The notes under the pieces: generated by a model
Told to the model about the DNA's origin: nothing
What the model saw: only the letters and a program-made list of their open reading frames with translations
Database searches by the model: none
Program-made: the position numbers and the translations under genes
Part shown: positions 50,625 through 60,389 of the stretch, piece by piece
Layout of the letters: the number at the start of each line of letters is the position of its first letter
Numbering within the stretch: the first letter of the stretch is position 1
Source: Betaproteobacteria bacterium SCGC AG-212-J23
GTDB lineage: Bacteria > Pseudomonadota > Gammaproteobacteria > Burkholderiales > SG8-39
Direction: 5' to 3'
Length of the DNA: 64,000 bases
NCBI GenBank assembly: GCA_001644455.1
Contig: LSTF01000047.1
Span: 2,818 to 66,817 of the forward strand

Positions 50625-51425
50625 ATGTCGCAGGTGAGCGACGTTGCAGTCAACAGCGTCAAGGAAAAACTGCAACGCGGCGAGGTCGTCGCCTCCGTCA
50701 CGGTGCGCCTGGTGCCGACCGTGGAAGTGGTGCGCATCGCCAAGACCGCGGGCTTCGACGGCCTGTACATCGACCTCGAGCACTCGAGCTTCTCGATGCA
50801 GACCACCAGCCAGCTCTGCATCATGGCGCTCGAGTCCGGAGTGCCGGCGTTCGTGCGCGTGCCGGCCAACACGCCGGAATACATCTCCCGCGTGCTCGAC
50901 GGCGGCGCGCTCGGCGTGATCGCCCCGGGCGTGAGCTGCGCGGCCGAAGCGCGCTCGGTCGTGGCGGCGGCGAAGTACCCGCCGCTCGGCGCGCGCGGCC
51001 TTTCGGGCGGCCTGCCGCAGCTCGGCTACCGCAGCCTGCCCGCGGCGCAGGCGCTGCCGGCGCTGAACGCGGCGACGATGGTGATCGTGCAATTCGAGTC
51101 CGCGGCGTCGCTCGCGGCGATGGAGGAAATCATCGCCGTCGACGGCGTCGACATGGTGATGATCGGCTCCAACGACCTGCTCGCCGACCTCGGCCATCCC
51201 GGCGAGTACGACCACCCGAAGCTGCGCGACGCCTACGAGCGCACCATCGCCGCGTGTCGCAAGCGCGGCAAGCATGTCGGCGTCGGCGGGCTCGCCTCGC
51301 GCCCGGATCTCGTCGCGCAGTTCGTGAAGATGGGCGCGCGCTACGTTTCGACCGGCACCGACCTCGGCTTCCTGATGGCCGAATGCCAGCGCCGCGTGAA
51401 GCAGGTCCGGGACATCGCGCTCTGA
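50625..51425 (+). CDS. HpcH/HpaI class II aldolase
   Basis: IDLEH, VRV, LD.GA.G, YPPLG.RG, IG.NDL. Confidence 0.88.
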   Translation: MSQVSDVAVNSVKEKLQRGEVVASVTVRLVPTVEVVRIAKTAGFDGLYIDLEHSSFSMQTTSQLCIMALESGVPAFVRVPANTPEYISRVLDGGALGVIAPGVSCAAEARSVVAAAKYPPLGARGLSGGLPQLGYRSLPAAQALPALNAATMVIVQFESAASLAAMEEIIAVDGVDMVMIGSNDLLADLGHPGEYDHPKLRDAYERTIAACRKRGKHVGVGGLASRPDLVAQFVKMGARYVSTGTDLGFLMAECQRRVKQVRDIAL

Positions 51426-52168
51426 AGCACGGCTGCGACTGCCACGTTCACGTTTTCGACGCGCGGTTCCCGTACGCCGCGCAGCGCAAGTACACGCCGC
51501 TCGATGCGACCGTCGCCGACCTGCGCGCCCATCTCGCGCGGCTCGCGCTCGAGCGCGCGGTCATCGTCCAGGCGAGCCCCTACGGCACGGACAATTCCTG
51601 CACGCTCGCGGCGCTGAAGGAGCTCGGTGCGAGCGCGCGCGCGGTGGTCGTGATCGACGACGACGCGGATCTCGATACGCTGCACCGCGCGGGCGTGCGC
51701 GGCGCGCGAGTGAACCTCGAGACCGACGGTGACCGGGATGTCGGCAAGATCAGGCGGCTCGCGGATCGGGTGCGGGTGATGGGCTGGCACGTGCAGACCT
51801 TCTGCCGCATCGAGTTGTTGAAGGACCTGCCGCGCCTGCCGGTGCCCCTGGTCGTGGACCACTTCGGGCTTACCGATTCCGTCGAGCCGCTGCTCGCCCT
51901 GATGGAGAAGCGCGACGTCTGGGTCAAGGTTTCCGCGCCGCACCGGCTTTCGGTCGACGCCCGGCCGCTGCTGCAGGCGCTCGCCGCGGCCCACCCCGAC
52001 CGCCTGGTCTGGGGATCGGACTGGCCGCACTCGCCGCGCGGCAGGCGCTTCCCGGATCGGCCGCAGCCCTTCGAAGAGGTGGACGATGCGGCCGCCCTCG
52101 GTCTCGTGCCTGCGAACCTGCGCGAGAAAATCCTCGTCGAAAACCCGGCGCGGCTTTACGATTTCTAG
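51422..52168 (+). CDS. Amidohydrolase family 2; probable CTG start
   Basis: CDCHVH, VQASPYGTDN, DHFG, WGSDWPH. Confidence 0.85.
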   Translation: MKHGCDCHVHVFDARFPYAAQRKYTPLDATVADLRAHLARLALERAVIVQASPYGTDNSCTLAALKELGASARAVVVIDDDADLDTLHRAGVRGARVNLETDGDRDVGKIRRLADRVRVMGWHVQTFCRIELLKDLPRLPVPLVVDHFGLTDSVEPLLALMEKRDVWVKVSAPHRLSVDARPLLQALAAAHPDRLVWGSDWPHSPRGRRFPDRPQPFEEVDDAAALGLVPANLREKILVENPARLYDF

Positions 52169-52169
52169 A

Positions 52170-53126
52170 ATGAGAAAACTACTGGCCATCCTGCTTGCGG
52201 CTTGGGTTTCGCTCAGCGCCGCGCAGTCCTATCCCACCAAGCCGGTGCGCATCATCGTGCCGCTCGTTCCGGGCGGAAACCAGGACATCGTCGCGCGCGC
52301 GGTCGGCGAGGAGCTCGCCAAGGCCCTCGGCCAGCAGTTCATCGTCGAGAACCGCCCGGGCATCGGCGCGATCGTCGGCACGCAGGCGGTGAAGCATTCG
52401 GCGCCCGACGGCTACACGCTGCTCTCCGTCGCGGTCACCTTCGCGCGCGTGCCGGGAATCATGAGCTCCGCCGGCTACGACCCGCGCAGCGATTTCACCG
52501 GCGTGAGCCTCGTCTGCCGCATCCCGCAGCTGCTGGTCGTCAACCCGTCGTTCGAGGCGCGCAGCGTCAAGGAGCTCGTCGCCTACGCCAAGGCGAATCC
52601 CGGCAAGGTGAGCTACGGCAGCTCGGGCAACGGCGCGACCGGCCACGTCGCCGCCGAGCTCTTCATGCGCATGACCGGCACCCAGCTGCTGCACGTCATG
52701 TACAAGGGCAACGCGCAGGCGCTGATCGACGTGATGGGCGGCCAGATCGTGATGATGTTCGACCAGGTCAGCACCTCGATGGGCCACGTCAAGGGCGGCA
52801 AGCTGCGCGCGCTCGCCGTCACCACGCTCGAGCGCTCGCCGCTCTTCCCCGACGTGCCGACGCTCGACGAGTCCGGGCTCAAGGGCTACGAGGACGTCAC
52901 CTGGAACGGCATCGTCGCTCCGGCCGGCGTGCCGCGCGACGTCGTTCTCAGGCTGAACGGCGAAATAAGGAAAATCATGGCGAACCCCGGGTTCGTGAAG
53001 CGCTACGCCGAGCGCGGCATCGAGATGAAGGCGAGCGCCTCGCCGGAGGAATTCACTTCCTACATCCGCTCGGAAGCCGACGCCTTTGCCAAGCTGGTGA
53101 AGGATGCCGGCATGAAGGCCGAATGA
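52170..53126 (+). CDS. Bug/TctC substrate-binding protein
   Basis: YP.KP..IIVP..PGG..D, ENRPG, PDGYTL. Confidence 0.92.
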   Translation: MRKLLAILLAAWVSLSAAQSYPTKPVRIIVPLVPGGNQDIVARAVGEELAKALGQQFIVENRPGIGAIVGTQAVKHSAPDGYTLLSVAVTFARVPGIMSSAGYDPRSDFTGVSLVCRIPQLLVVNPSFEARSVKELVAYAKANPGKVSYGSSGNGATGHVAAELFMRMTGTQLLHVMYKGNAQALIDVMGGQIVMMFDQVSTSMGHVKGGKLRALAVTTLERSPLFPDVPTLDESGLKGYEDVTWNGIVAPAGVPRDVVLRLNGEIRKIMANPGFVKRYAERGIEMKASASPEEFTSYIRSEADAFAKLVKDAGMKAE

Positions 53127-54070
53127 AGAAATTGATTGTGTTGTTGATGTTGTGGTCGGGGGTTTGTTTTTCGCAAACCTATCCGAACAAGCCCATCCAC
53201 CTGATCGTTCCCTTTCCGCCGGGGGGAAGCAACGACATCGTCGCGCGCATGCTCGCCACGCAGCTCGGCGAGAAGCTCGGCCAGTCGGTGGTGATCGAGA
53301 ACAAGGGCGGCGCGGGCGGCGTGGTCGGCACCGACCTCGCGGCCAAGGCGGCGCCCGACGGCTACACGGTGCTGCTGATCTCCATCGCCTACGCCTTCGC
53401 GCCGTCGCTCTACAAGACGCTGCCCTACGATCCGGCGACTGCGTTCGCGCCGATCACCATCGTCGGCCGCGGCCCGTCGGCGCTGGTCGTGCATCCGTCG
53501 GTGCCGGCGAACACCGTCGCCGAGCTGATCGCGCTCGCGAAGAAGAATCCCGGCAAGCTGAATTACGCCTCGGCGGGCGTCGGCAGCTTCCAGCATCTCG
53601 CCTGCGCCCTGTTCGTGTTCCAGGCGGGAATCGACGCGGTGCACGTCCCCTACAAGGGCGGCGGGCCGGCGATGGCGGACGTGATGGGCGGCCAGGCGCA
53701 GTTCGTCATGCCCTCGCTCATCCAGGTGGTGCCGCACATCAAGAGCGGCCGCCTCAAGGCGCTCGGTACGAGCGGCACGAAGCGCAGCCCGATCCTCCCC
53801 GACGTGCCGGCGATCGCCGAGACGCTGCCCGGCTACGAGTCGCAGAACTGGTGGGGCCTGCTCGTGCCGGCGCAGACGCCGGCCGCCGTGGTCGATCGCC
53901 TCTACACGGCCACCTCCGACGTGCTGCAGTCGAAGGAGACCGCGAAGCGCATGGAGACCGAGGGCGCGGAGGCCGTGCGCATGACGCCGCCGGAGTTCGG
54001 CCGCTTCATCAGCGTCGAGCTCGCGAAATGGGGCAAGGTCGCGCGCGACGTGGGCATCCAGGCGGAGTAG
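53123..54070 (+). CDS. Bug/TctC substrate-binding protein
   Basis: VPFPPGGSND, ENKGGAGG, HVPYKGGG. Confidence 0.92.
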   Translation: MKKLIVLLMLWSGVCFSQTYPNKPIHLIVPFPPGGSNDIVARMLATQLGEKLGQSVVIENKGGAGGVVGTDLAAKAAPDGYTVLLISIAYAFAPSLYKTLPYDPATAFAPITIVGRGPSALVVHPSVPANTVAELIALAKKNPGKLNYASAGVGSFQHLACALFVFQAGIDAVHVPYKGGGPAMADVMGGQAQFVMPSLIQVVPHIKSGRLKALGTSGTKRSPILPDVPAIAETLPGYESQNWWGLLVPAQTPAAVVDRLYTATSDVLQSKETAKRMETEGAEAVRMTPPEFGRFISVELAKWGKVARDVGIQAE

Positions 54071-54073
54071 CCG

Positions 54074-54982
54074 GTGTTCGCACCGCCGGAGCTCGTCCGC
54101 ACCGAAGTCTTCGCCGAGCTGCCGGAGAGCCTGCGCAAGAAGACGGTCAACCCCGAGCGCACCGCCGCCGGCAAAGGGCCGACACCCGCCGGCTCGTTCC
54201 TCGAGGGGCCGGTGTTCGACCGCGAGGGGAACCTCTACGCCGTTGACCTCGCATTCGGGCGAATTTTCAGAATTACGAGGGAAAAGCAGTTTGAAGTTGC
54301 CGCGGAATACGATGGAGAACCCAATGGCTTGGCGATCCATCGCGACGGCCGGATCTTCGTCGCCGACCACAAGCTCGGCATCCTGACGCTCGATCCGAAG
54401 AGCGGCGCGGTCAAGCCCCTCATCACGCGCTACCACCAGCAGGGCTTCAAGGGCGTCAACGACCTCATCTTCGACTCGAAGGGCAATCTCTATTTCACCG
54501 ACCAGGGCGTGACCGACCTCGCCGATCCGACGGGGTGCGTCTACAAGTACACGGCGGACGGTGTGCTGCAGCAGCTCGCGAATTGCCTGCCGAGCCCGAA
54601 CGGATTGGTTCTCCACAACAATGTTCTTTATGTGGCGGTGACAAGGGCTAACGCGGTGTGGCGTTTTCCCTTCGCTCCCGACGGCACGGTGGTGCGCATG
54701 GGCCTGCACCTGCAGCTCTCCGGCGGGCGCGGTCCCGACGGCATGGCGCTGGACGAGTCGGGCGGCCTGGTGGTCGCGCATCCCGAGATGGGCGCGGTGT
54801 GGATCTTCGATCATCGCGGCGAGCCGAAGCTGCGCGTGCAGTCGTGCCGCAGCGACCTCGTCACCAACGTCTGCTTCGGCGGGCCCGATCGCAAAAGCCT
54901 CTTCATCACCGATTCCGGAGCGGGGGCGATCCTGACCGCCCGCGTGCACACGCCAGGAGAAAGGCTCTTTTCGCACTCATGA
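54074..54982 (+). CDS. SMP-30/gluconolactonase family protein
   Basis: LEGP, PNG, ND, YFTD, PDGM.LD. Confidence 0.9.
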   Translation: MFAPPELVRTEVFAELPESLRKKTVNPERTAAGKGPTPAGSFLEGPVFDREGNLYAVDLAFGRIFRITREKQFEVAAEYDGEPNGLAIHRDGRIFVADHKLGILTLDPKSGAVKPLITRYHQQGFKGVNDLIFDSKGNLYFTDQGVTDLADPTGCVYKYTADGVLQQLANCLPSPNGLVLHNNVLYVAVTRANAVWRFPFAPDGTVVRMGLHLQLSGGRGPDGMALDESGGLVVAHPEMGAVWIFDHRGEPKLRVQSCRSDLVTNVCFGGPDRKSLFITDSGAGAILTARVHTPGERLFSHS

Positions 54983-55917
54983 AAGCGTTCATTCTTTTTT
55001 TCTGGATCGTGGCCGCGCAGGCCTTCCCGACGAAACCGGTGAAGATCATCGTCGCGTTCCCGCCGGGCGGCGGCACCGACATCGTCGCGCGCGTGGTGGG
55101 CGCGAAGCTGCAGGAAGCGTGGGGGCAGGGCGTGGTGGTCGAGAACCGCGCCGGGGCGAGCGGCACGATCGGCACCGAGCTCGCGGCCAAGGCCGACCCC
55201 GACGGGCATACGCTGTTCATGGCGACCATGGGCAACATGACCGCCAACCCGCATCTCTACAACATGGGCATCGATCCGTTGCGCGCCTTCGCGCCGATCA
55301 CCAAGGTGGTCGACGTGCATTTCGTGTTCATGGCCAATCCGTCGCTGCCGGCGGCGAACGTCGCCGAGGTGATCGCGCTGGCGAAGAAAAAGCCGGGCGA
55401 GATCGCCTACAGCTCCTCGGGCCCGGGCGGCGCGCCGCACCTCGCGATGGAGCTCTTCAAGCGCCAGGCCGGCATCGACCTCATCCACATCCCCTACAAG
55501 GGCAGCTCGATGAGCATCAACGACCTGATCGGCGGCCGCGTCATGCTGTCCATGGATTCGCTGGTGCAGTCCGCGCCGCACATCAAGTCCGGCCGCCTCA
55601 AGGCGCTGGCGGTGCTGGGCCCGAAGCGCAGCCCGTTGTTGCCGGAAGTGCCGACGATGCAGGAAGCGGGCGTCGCCGGCTATTCGCTCACCAACTGGTT
55701 TGGTCTCCTCGCGCCCGCGGCAACACCGAAAGAGGTGGTCTCGAAAATTCACGGTGATGTGAAAAAGGTTCTGAACGATCCCGACATCATCAAGAGAATC
55801 GGTGATCTCGGCGCCGACGTGGTCGGCAACACGCCCGAGGAATTCGGCGCGGCGATGCGCGCCGAGTCGCAGCAGTGGGCCGAGATCATCAAGGCGGTGG
55901 GCATCAAGGGCGAATGA
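54979..55917 (+). CDS. Bug/TctC substrate-binding protein
   Basis: FPPGGGTD, ENRAGASG, HIPYKG. Confidence 0.92.
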   Translation: MKAFILFFWIVAAQAFPTKPVKIIVAFPPGGGTDIVARVVGAKLQEAWGQGVVVENRAGASGTIGTELAAKADPDGHTLFMATMGNMTANPHLYNMGIDPLRAFAPITKVVDVHFVFMANPSLPAANVAEVIALAKKKPGEIAYSSSGPGGAPHLAMELFKRQAGIDLIHIPYKGSSMSINDLIGGRVMLSMDSLVQSAPHIKSGRLKALAVLGPKRSPLLPEVPTMQEAGVAGYSLTNWFGLLAPAATPKEVVSKIHGDVKKVLNDPDIIKRIGDLGADVVGNTPEEFGAAMRAESQQWAEIIKAVGIKGE

Positions 55918-57011
55918 CCCAGACGAAGAGACGCGCTTCCGAATTAGTGCGCGAGCAGATCAGCTCGCTCCTCGCCGCGTGGGGCATGGACGCGGACATC
56001 GTGCGCATCACCGCCGAGGTGATGGTCGAGACCGACCTCGCGGGCGTCGATTCGCACGGCGTGTCGATGCTCATGGACTACGAGGACTTCAGGCAGCGCG
56101 GCAAGCTGAACGTGAAGGCGCGCCCGCAGATCGTGATGGAGACGCCGGTCGCCGGCCGGGTCGACGCCGGCGCGGGCCTCGGCCATCCCGCCGCGGTGAT
56201 GGGCATGGAGCTCGCGATCAAGAAGGCGCGCGAGATGGGCGTGGGCGTGGTGACGGTGTTCAACTCGCATCACTTCGGCGCCGCCGGCTACTACGCGAGG
56301 CTCGCCTCGAGCGCGGGCTTCGTCGGCATGGTGACGAGCTGCACCCGCTCGATCGCGATGGTGCCCACGCGCGCCGCGGTGCCGGTGCTCGGCACCAACC
56401 CGATCGCGTTCGCCGCGCCGGCGAAGCGCAATGCGCCTTTCCTCCTCGACATGGCGACGACCAGCGTCGCCAACAACAAGCTCAAGGTCTACGACCTGAA
56501 CGGCAAGACGCTGCCCGCGGGCTGGGTGCTCGACGGCAAGGGCGAGCCGGTGCGCGAGCCAAAGCAGGCGATGGAGATCGTGCGCAGCGGCGGCAAGAGC
56601 GGCGGCGGCCAGACGCCGCTCGGCGGTACCGCCGAGATGTCGAGCCACAAGGGCTACGGCCTGGCGATGATGGGCCACATCCTCGGCGGCACGCTTTCAG
56701 GGGGAAGCTTTTCCCCCATCAGAAATCGAACTCAAAAAACGTCCGATCCGGACCGCCTCGGCCACTTTTTCCTGGCCATCGACCCGAAGGTGTTTCGTCC
56801 CGAAGGCGCGTTCGAGGCCGATCTCGACGACGCGATCGACGTGCTGCATGCCACGGCGCCCATCGATCCGGCGCTGCCGGTGCTCGTTCCCGGCGATCCG
56901 GAGCGCGCCTCGCGCGCCGACCGTCTCAAGAACGGCATTCCCTTGCCCGACACGCTCCTGGAAAAGATCCGTGCGATATGCGTGCGGAGCGGAGTACCGT
57001 ACCTCCTATGA
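55914..57011 (+). CDS. Ldh_2 family (malate/L-lactate dehydrogenase-like) oxidoreductase
   Basis: GVDSHG, HHFGAAG.Y, GTNP, DMAT, HKGYGL. Confidence 0.9.
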   Translation: MTQTKRRASELVREQISSLLAAWGMDADIVRITAEVMVETDLAGVDSHGVSMLMDYEDFRQRGKLNVKARPQIVMETPVAGRVDAGAGLGHPAAVMGMELAIKKAREMGVGVVTVFNSHHFGAAGYYARLASSAGFVGMVTSCTRSIAMVPTRAAVPVLGTNPIAFAAPAKRNAPFLLDMATTSVANNKLKVYDLNGKTLPAGWVLDGKGEPVREPKQAMEIVRSGGKSGGGQTPLGGTAEMSSHKGYGLAMMGHILGGTLSGGSFSPIRNRTQKTSDPDRLGHFFLAIDPKVFRPEGAFEADLDDAIDVLHATAPIDPALPVLVPGDPERASRADRLKNGIPLPDTLLEKIRAICVRSGVPYLL

Positions 57012-57928
57012 AGATTTTCATTCTGGATTCCTTCCATGCCGCCGGCGTGGAGTACGCGTCGCAGCACGCCGAGATCGTGCGCTGGGATGACCCGCGCGTG
57101 AAGAACTGGCCCGAGGAAGCCGATGCGGTGATGGTGCGCGGCACGAAGATCCGCGAGGCGGACCTGGCGCGCGCGAAGAAGCTGAAGATCATCTCCAAGC
57201 AGGGCGTGGGCTACGACAACATCGACGTCGCCGCGGCGAAGAAGCACGGCATTCCGGTGGTGCGCACCCCGGGCGTGAACAAGGAGGCCGTGGCGGAGCT
57301 GGCGATCGGCCTCGCCATCGCCGTCGGCCGGCGCATCGCCGAGCTCGACCGGCGGGTGCGCTCGCTGGAGAAGCTGGACCGCACCAGGATCCTCGGCGTC
57401 GAGATGTGGGGCAAGACCGTCGGCATCGTCGGCGTCGGCAACATCGGCTCGCGCGTCGCGCACAAGTGGCAGAGCGCCTTCGAGTGCAAGATCATCGGCT
57501 ACGACCCTCACCGGAAACTGGCGATTCCTCAAGCATCGAAATTGAGCGAATTGCTGGAAAAAGCCGATCTGGTATCGCTGCACGTCCCGCTGAACGAGGA
57601 AACGAAGTACCTGATCGGCAAGCGCGAGCTCGCCCTCATGAAGCCGACCGCGATCCTGATCAACACCTGCCGCGGCGGCGTGGTGGACGAGGCGGCGCTC
57701 TACGAGGCGCTCAAGGGCGGCAAGCTGTTCGGCGCCGGCATCGACGTGTGGGAAGTCGAGACGCCGCGCGTCGACAGCCGCCTGCTCGAGCTGCCGAACG
57801 TGGTCGCGACGCCGCATGCCGGCGGCGGCACCGAGGAGACGCAGATCCGCAGCGCGCTGCTGGTCGCCGAGCAGGCGGTGGACATCCTCAAAGGCGGGAA
57901 ACCCGTCGAAGCGAATCGCATCGCATGA
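57008..57928 (+). CDS. D-isomer-specific 2-hydroxyacid dehydrogenase
   Basis: GVGYDN, GVGNIG, N..RG.VVDE, TPH. Confidence 0.92.
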   Translation: MKIFILDSFHAAGVEYASQHAEIVRWDDPRVKNWPEEADAVMVRGTKIREADLARAKKLKIISKQGVGYDNIDVAAAKKHGIPVVRTPGVNKEAVAELAIGLAIAVGRRIAELDRRVRSLEKLDRTRILGVEMWGKTVGIVGVGNIGSRVAHKWQSAFECKIIGYDPHRKLAIPQASKLSELLEKADLVSLHVPLNEETKYLIGKRELALMKPTAILINTCRGGVVDEAALYEALKGGKLFGAGIDVWEVETPRVDSRLLELPNVVATPHAGGGTEETQIRSALLVAEQAVDILKGGKPVEANRIA

Positions 57929-58981
57929 AGCTCATGGTTCTTCCCGGGGACGGGATCGGGCCGGAGATCTGCGCGGTCACGGTTTCAGTGCTGAAGAAGC
58001 TCGACCTCGGCCTGACGTTCGAAACGCGCGAGGTCGGCCATGCCAGCCTGAAGAAGGAGGGCTCGACTTTTCCGGCGCGGGTGCTGGAAGCCTGCCGCGA
58101 GGCCGATGGCATCATCCTCGGCCCGGTCTCGCACCTCGACTATCCGCCGCGCGCGCAGGGCGGGGCGAATCCGTCGGGCGACATGCGCATCGCGCTCGAC
58201 CTGTTCGCCAACATCAGGCCGGCGCGCTCGCGCAAGGGGCTGCCGCACTGGGGCCGCACGGCGATGGACCTGGTCATCGTCCGCGAGAACACCGAGGGCT
58301 TCTACGCCGACCGCAACATGCACCTCGGTATCGGCGAGTTCATGCCCACGCCGGACGTTGCGCTCTCGGTGCGCAAGATCACCGCGCAGGGCTCGCGGCG
58401 CATCGCCCTCGCGGCCTTCGAGATGGCGCGGGCGCGTCGCAAGAAGGTGACCGCGGTCCACAAGATCAACGTGCTGAAGATCACGGAGGGCCTGTTTCTT
58501 CAGGAAACCCGAAAAATCGCCTCCGCGTTCCCGGACGTGGCTTACGAAGAGCAATTGATCGACTCGATGGCGGCGCTGCTGGTGCGCGATGCGGCGCGCT
58601 TCGACGTGGTCGTCACGACCAACATGTACGGCGACATCCTTTCCGACGAGGCTTCGGAGCTCTCGGGCAGCCTCGGCCTCGCCGCGTCGATCAACGCCGG
58701 TGAGCGCCACTGCATGGCGCAGGCGCAGCACGGCTCGGCGCCCGACATCGCCGGCCAGGACAAGGCGAACCCCGGCCTCGCTGGTGCTCTCCGCGGCGAT
58801 GCTGCTGGGCTGGTTAGGTCTGAAGAACAAGAATCCCGCTTTCCTGAAGGCGGAAAAGGCCATCGAAGCGGCCGTCGACGCGCTGATCGAGAACCCGAAG
58901 ACGCGCACGCAGGATCTCGGCGGGAAACTCGGCACGCGGGCTTTCGGCGAAGAGATCGCCGCAAGGCTGAACCGCCCTTAG
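57925..58981 (+). pseudogene. Isocitrate/isopropylmalate/tartrate dehydrogenase family gene with a +1 frameshift near 58770 (or sequencing error)
   Basis: PGDGIGPE, RENTEG.Y, NMYGDILSD, HGSAPDIAG...ANP in one frame; ASLVLSAAMLL..T.DLGG in the next frame. Confidence 0.8.
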
Positions 58982-60057
58982 CGCGAGCGGTATTTCTCGA
59001 TCGCGCCGCGCGCGAGCGCCATGCCGTGCCCCGGTCGCTCGGGAATCCTGAACTGCCCGTCCTTGCACTGCGGCAGCTCTTGCCACAGGTCGGGCGGCGC
59101 CCAGTCCATGAATTCCACGAGGAAGCCGTTGGCGAGCGCGCCGACGACGTGGATCGAGGTCTCGTGGATGAGGTGCGGCGTGAGCTGCACGCCGTGCGCG
59201 GCGGCGAGCTTGCCGATGCGCAGCGTTTCCGAGAAGCCGCAGGCGCGGCAGACGTCGGGCATGGCGAAAGCGATCGCCTTGCGGTCGAAGAGCTGCTTGA
59301 ACTCCCAGCGCGTGAAATGGTTTTCGCCGCCGGCGATGGGGATGTTTATTTTTTTCGCGACCTCGGCGTAGCCGTCGAGGTCGTCGGCGAGGACCGGCTC
59401 TTCGTACCAGAGGAGGTCGAACTCCTCGAGCAGCTCCGCCTGGCGCACGTTGCCGAGCACGTCGAGGCGCTGGTTGACGTCGACCATCATCCGCGCCTTG
59501 CCGCCCAGCACCTTGTGCACGGCGGCGACGCGCTTCGCGTTCTCGCGCGGGTCGGGATGGTGGATCTTCATCTTGTAGTAGCGGCAGCCCATGGCGGCGT
59601 ACTTCTCCGCCTCGCCGAGGAGGTCGTTCAGGCTGTAGCTCGACCAGCCGCCGCTGCCGTAGGCGCTGACGACGTCGGAGTGCGCGCCCCACAGCCGGTA
59701 GAGCGGCTGCTTCGCCAGCTTGCCGACGATGTCCCACAGGCCGATGTCCATGGCGGATAGCGCGTAGCCGGCGATGCCCTGCTTGCGCACCCCCATGTCG
59801 ACGCGGAACATCTTTTCCCACAGCCGCTCGACGAGCCTTGGATCCTCGCCGAGCAGCGCCGGCTTGAGGCGCGTCTCGAGGTAGGTGTGCACCGCCTCGG
59901 CGCCGCCGCCGTTGAACGCCAGGCTGTAGCCGAGGCCCTTCACGCCTTCGTCGGTGGCGATCTCGGCGATGACGAGCTTGTGGTGCGGGTAGTTCAACGC
60001 CATGGGCTTCGGCGTCGGCACCGTCAGCACGCAGGTGTCGATGGCGGTGATCTTCAT
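58978..60057 (-). CDS. Mandelate racemase/muconate lactonizing (enolase superfamily) enzyme
   Basis: DIGLWDI.GK, KMK, D.NQ, EEP, GEN, H. Confidence 0.9.
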   Translation of the reverse strand: MKITAIDTCVLTVPTPKPMALNYPHHKLVIAEIATDEGVKGLGYSLAFNGGGAEAVHTYLETRLKPALLGEDPRLVERLWEKMFRVDMGVRKQGIAGYALSAMDIGLWDIVGKLAKQPLYRLWGAHSDVVSAYGSGGWSSYSLNDLLGEAEKYAAMGCRYYKMKIHHPDPRENAKRVAAVHKVLGGKARMMVDVNQRLDVLGNVRQAELLEEFDLLWYEEPVLADDLDGYAEVAKKINIPIAGGENHFTRWEFKQLFDRKAIAFAMPDVCRACGFSETLRIGKLAAAHGVQLTPHLIHETSIHVVGALANGFLVEFMDWAPPDLWQELPQCKDGQFRIPERPGHGMALARGAIEKYRSR

Positions 60058-60371
60058 GCCTTGTCCAGCTTGTCGAGCAGGGCCACGAACTTCGCCGCGC
60101 GCTTGATGCCCGGGCGGGAACCTTCCTTCAGCCCGTCGAGGGATTCCTCCGCCGCCGCGGCGAGCTTGCTCACCTGCGGCAGGCCGAAGCTGCCGGCCGA
60201 GCCGGCCATGGTGTGCACCTCGCGCCTCAGGATCTCGAGCGCGTCGGCATCGGGCTCCTCGCAGTCGATGCGTTCCCAGAGCGAGCGCAGGCGGCGCAGC
60301 TTCGCCGGCAGCGAGCCGCGAAACTCCGTGCGCAATTTCTGGAATTCCTTGCCCAGGTCCTGCCAGCTCAT
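60054..60371 (-). CDS. Hpt domain protein
   Basis: HTMAGSAGSFG motif. Confidence 0.85.
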   Translation of the reverse strand: MSWQDLGKEFQKLRTEFRGSLPAKLRRLRSLWERIDCEEPDADALEILRREVHTMAGSAGSFGLPQVSKLAAAAEESLDGLKEGSRPGIKRAAKFVALLDKLDKA

Positions 60372-60389
60372 CCCGCCCCCCACCGAGGG

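Noticed and set aside
57406..59760. 784-aa ORF as a large fusion protein
   Set aside because: Artefact of a shadow frame plus read-through after the 58770 frameshift.
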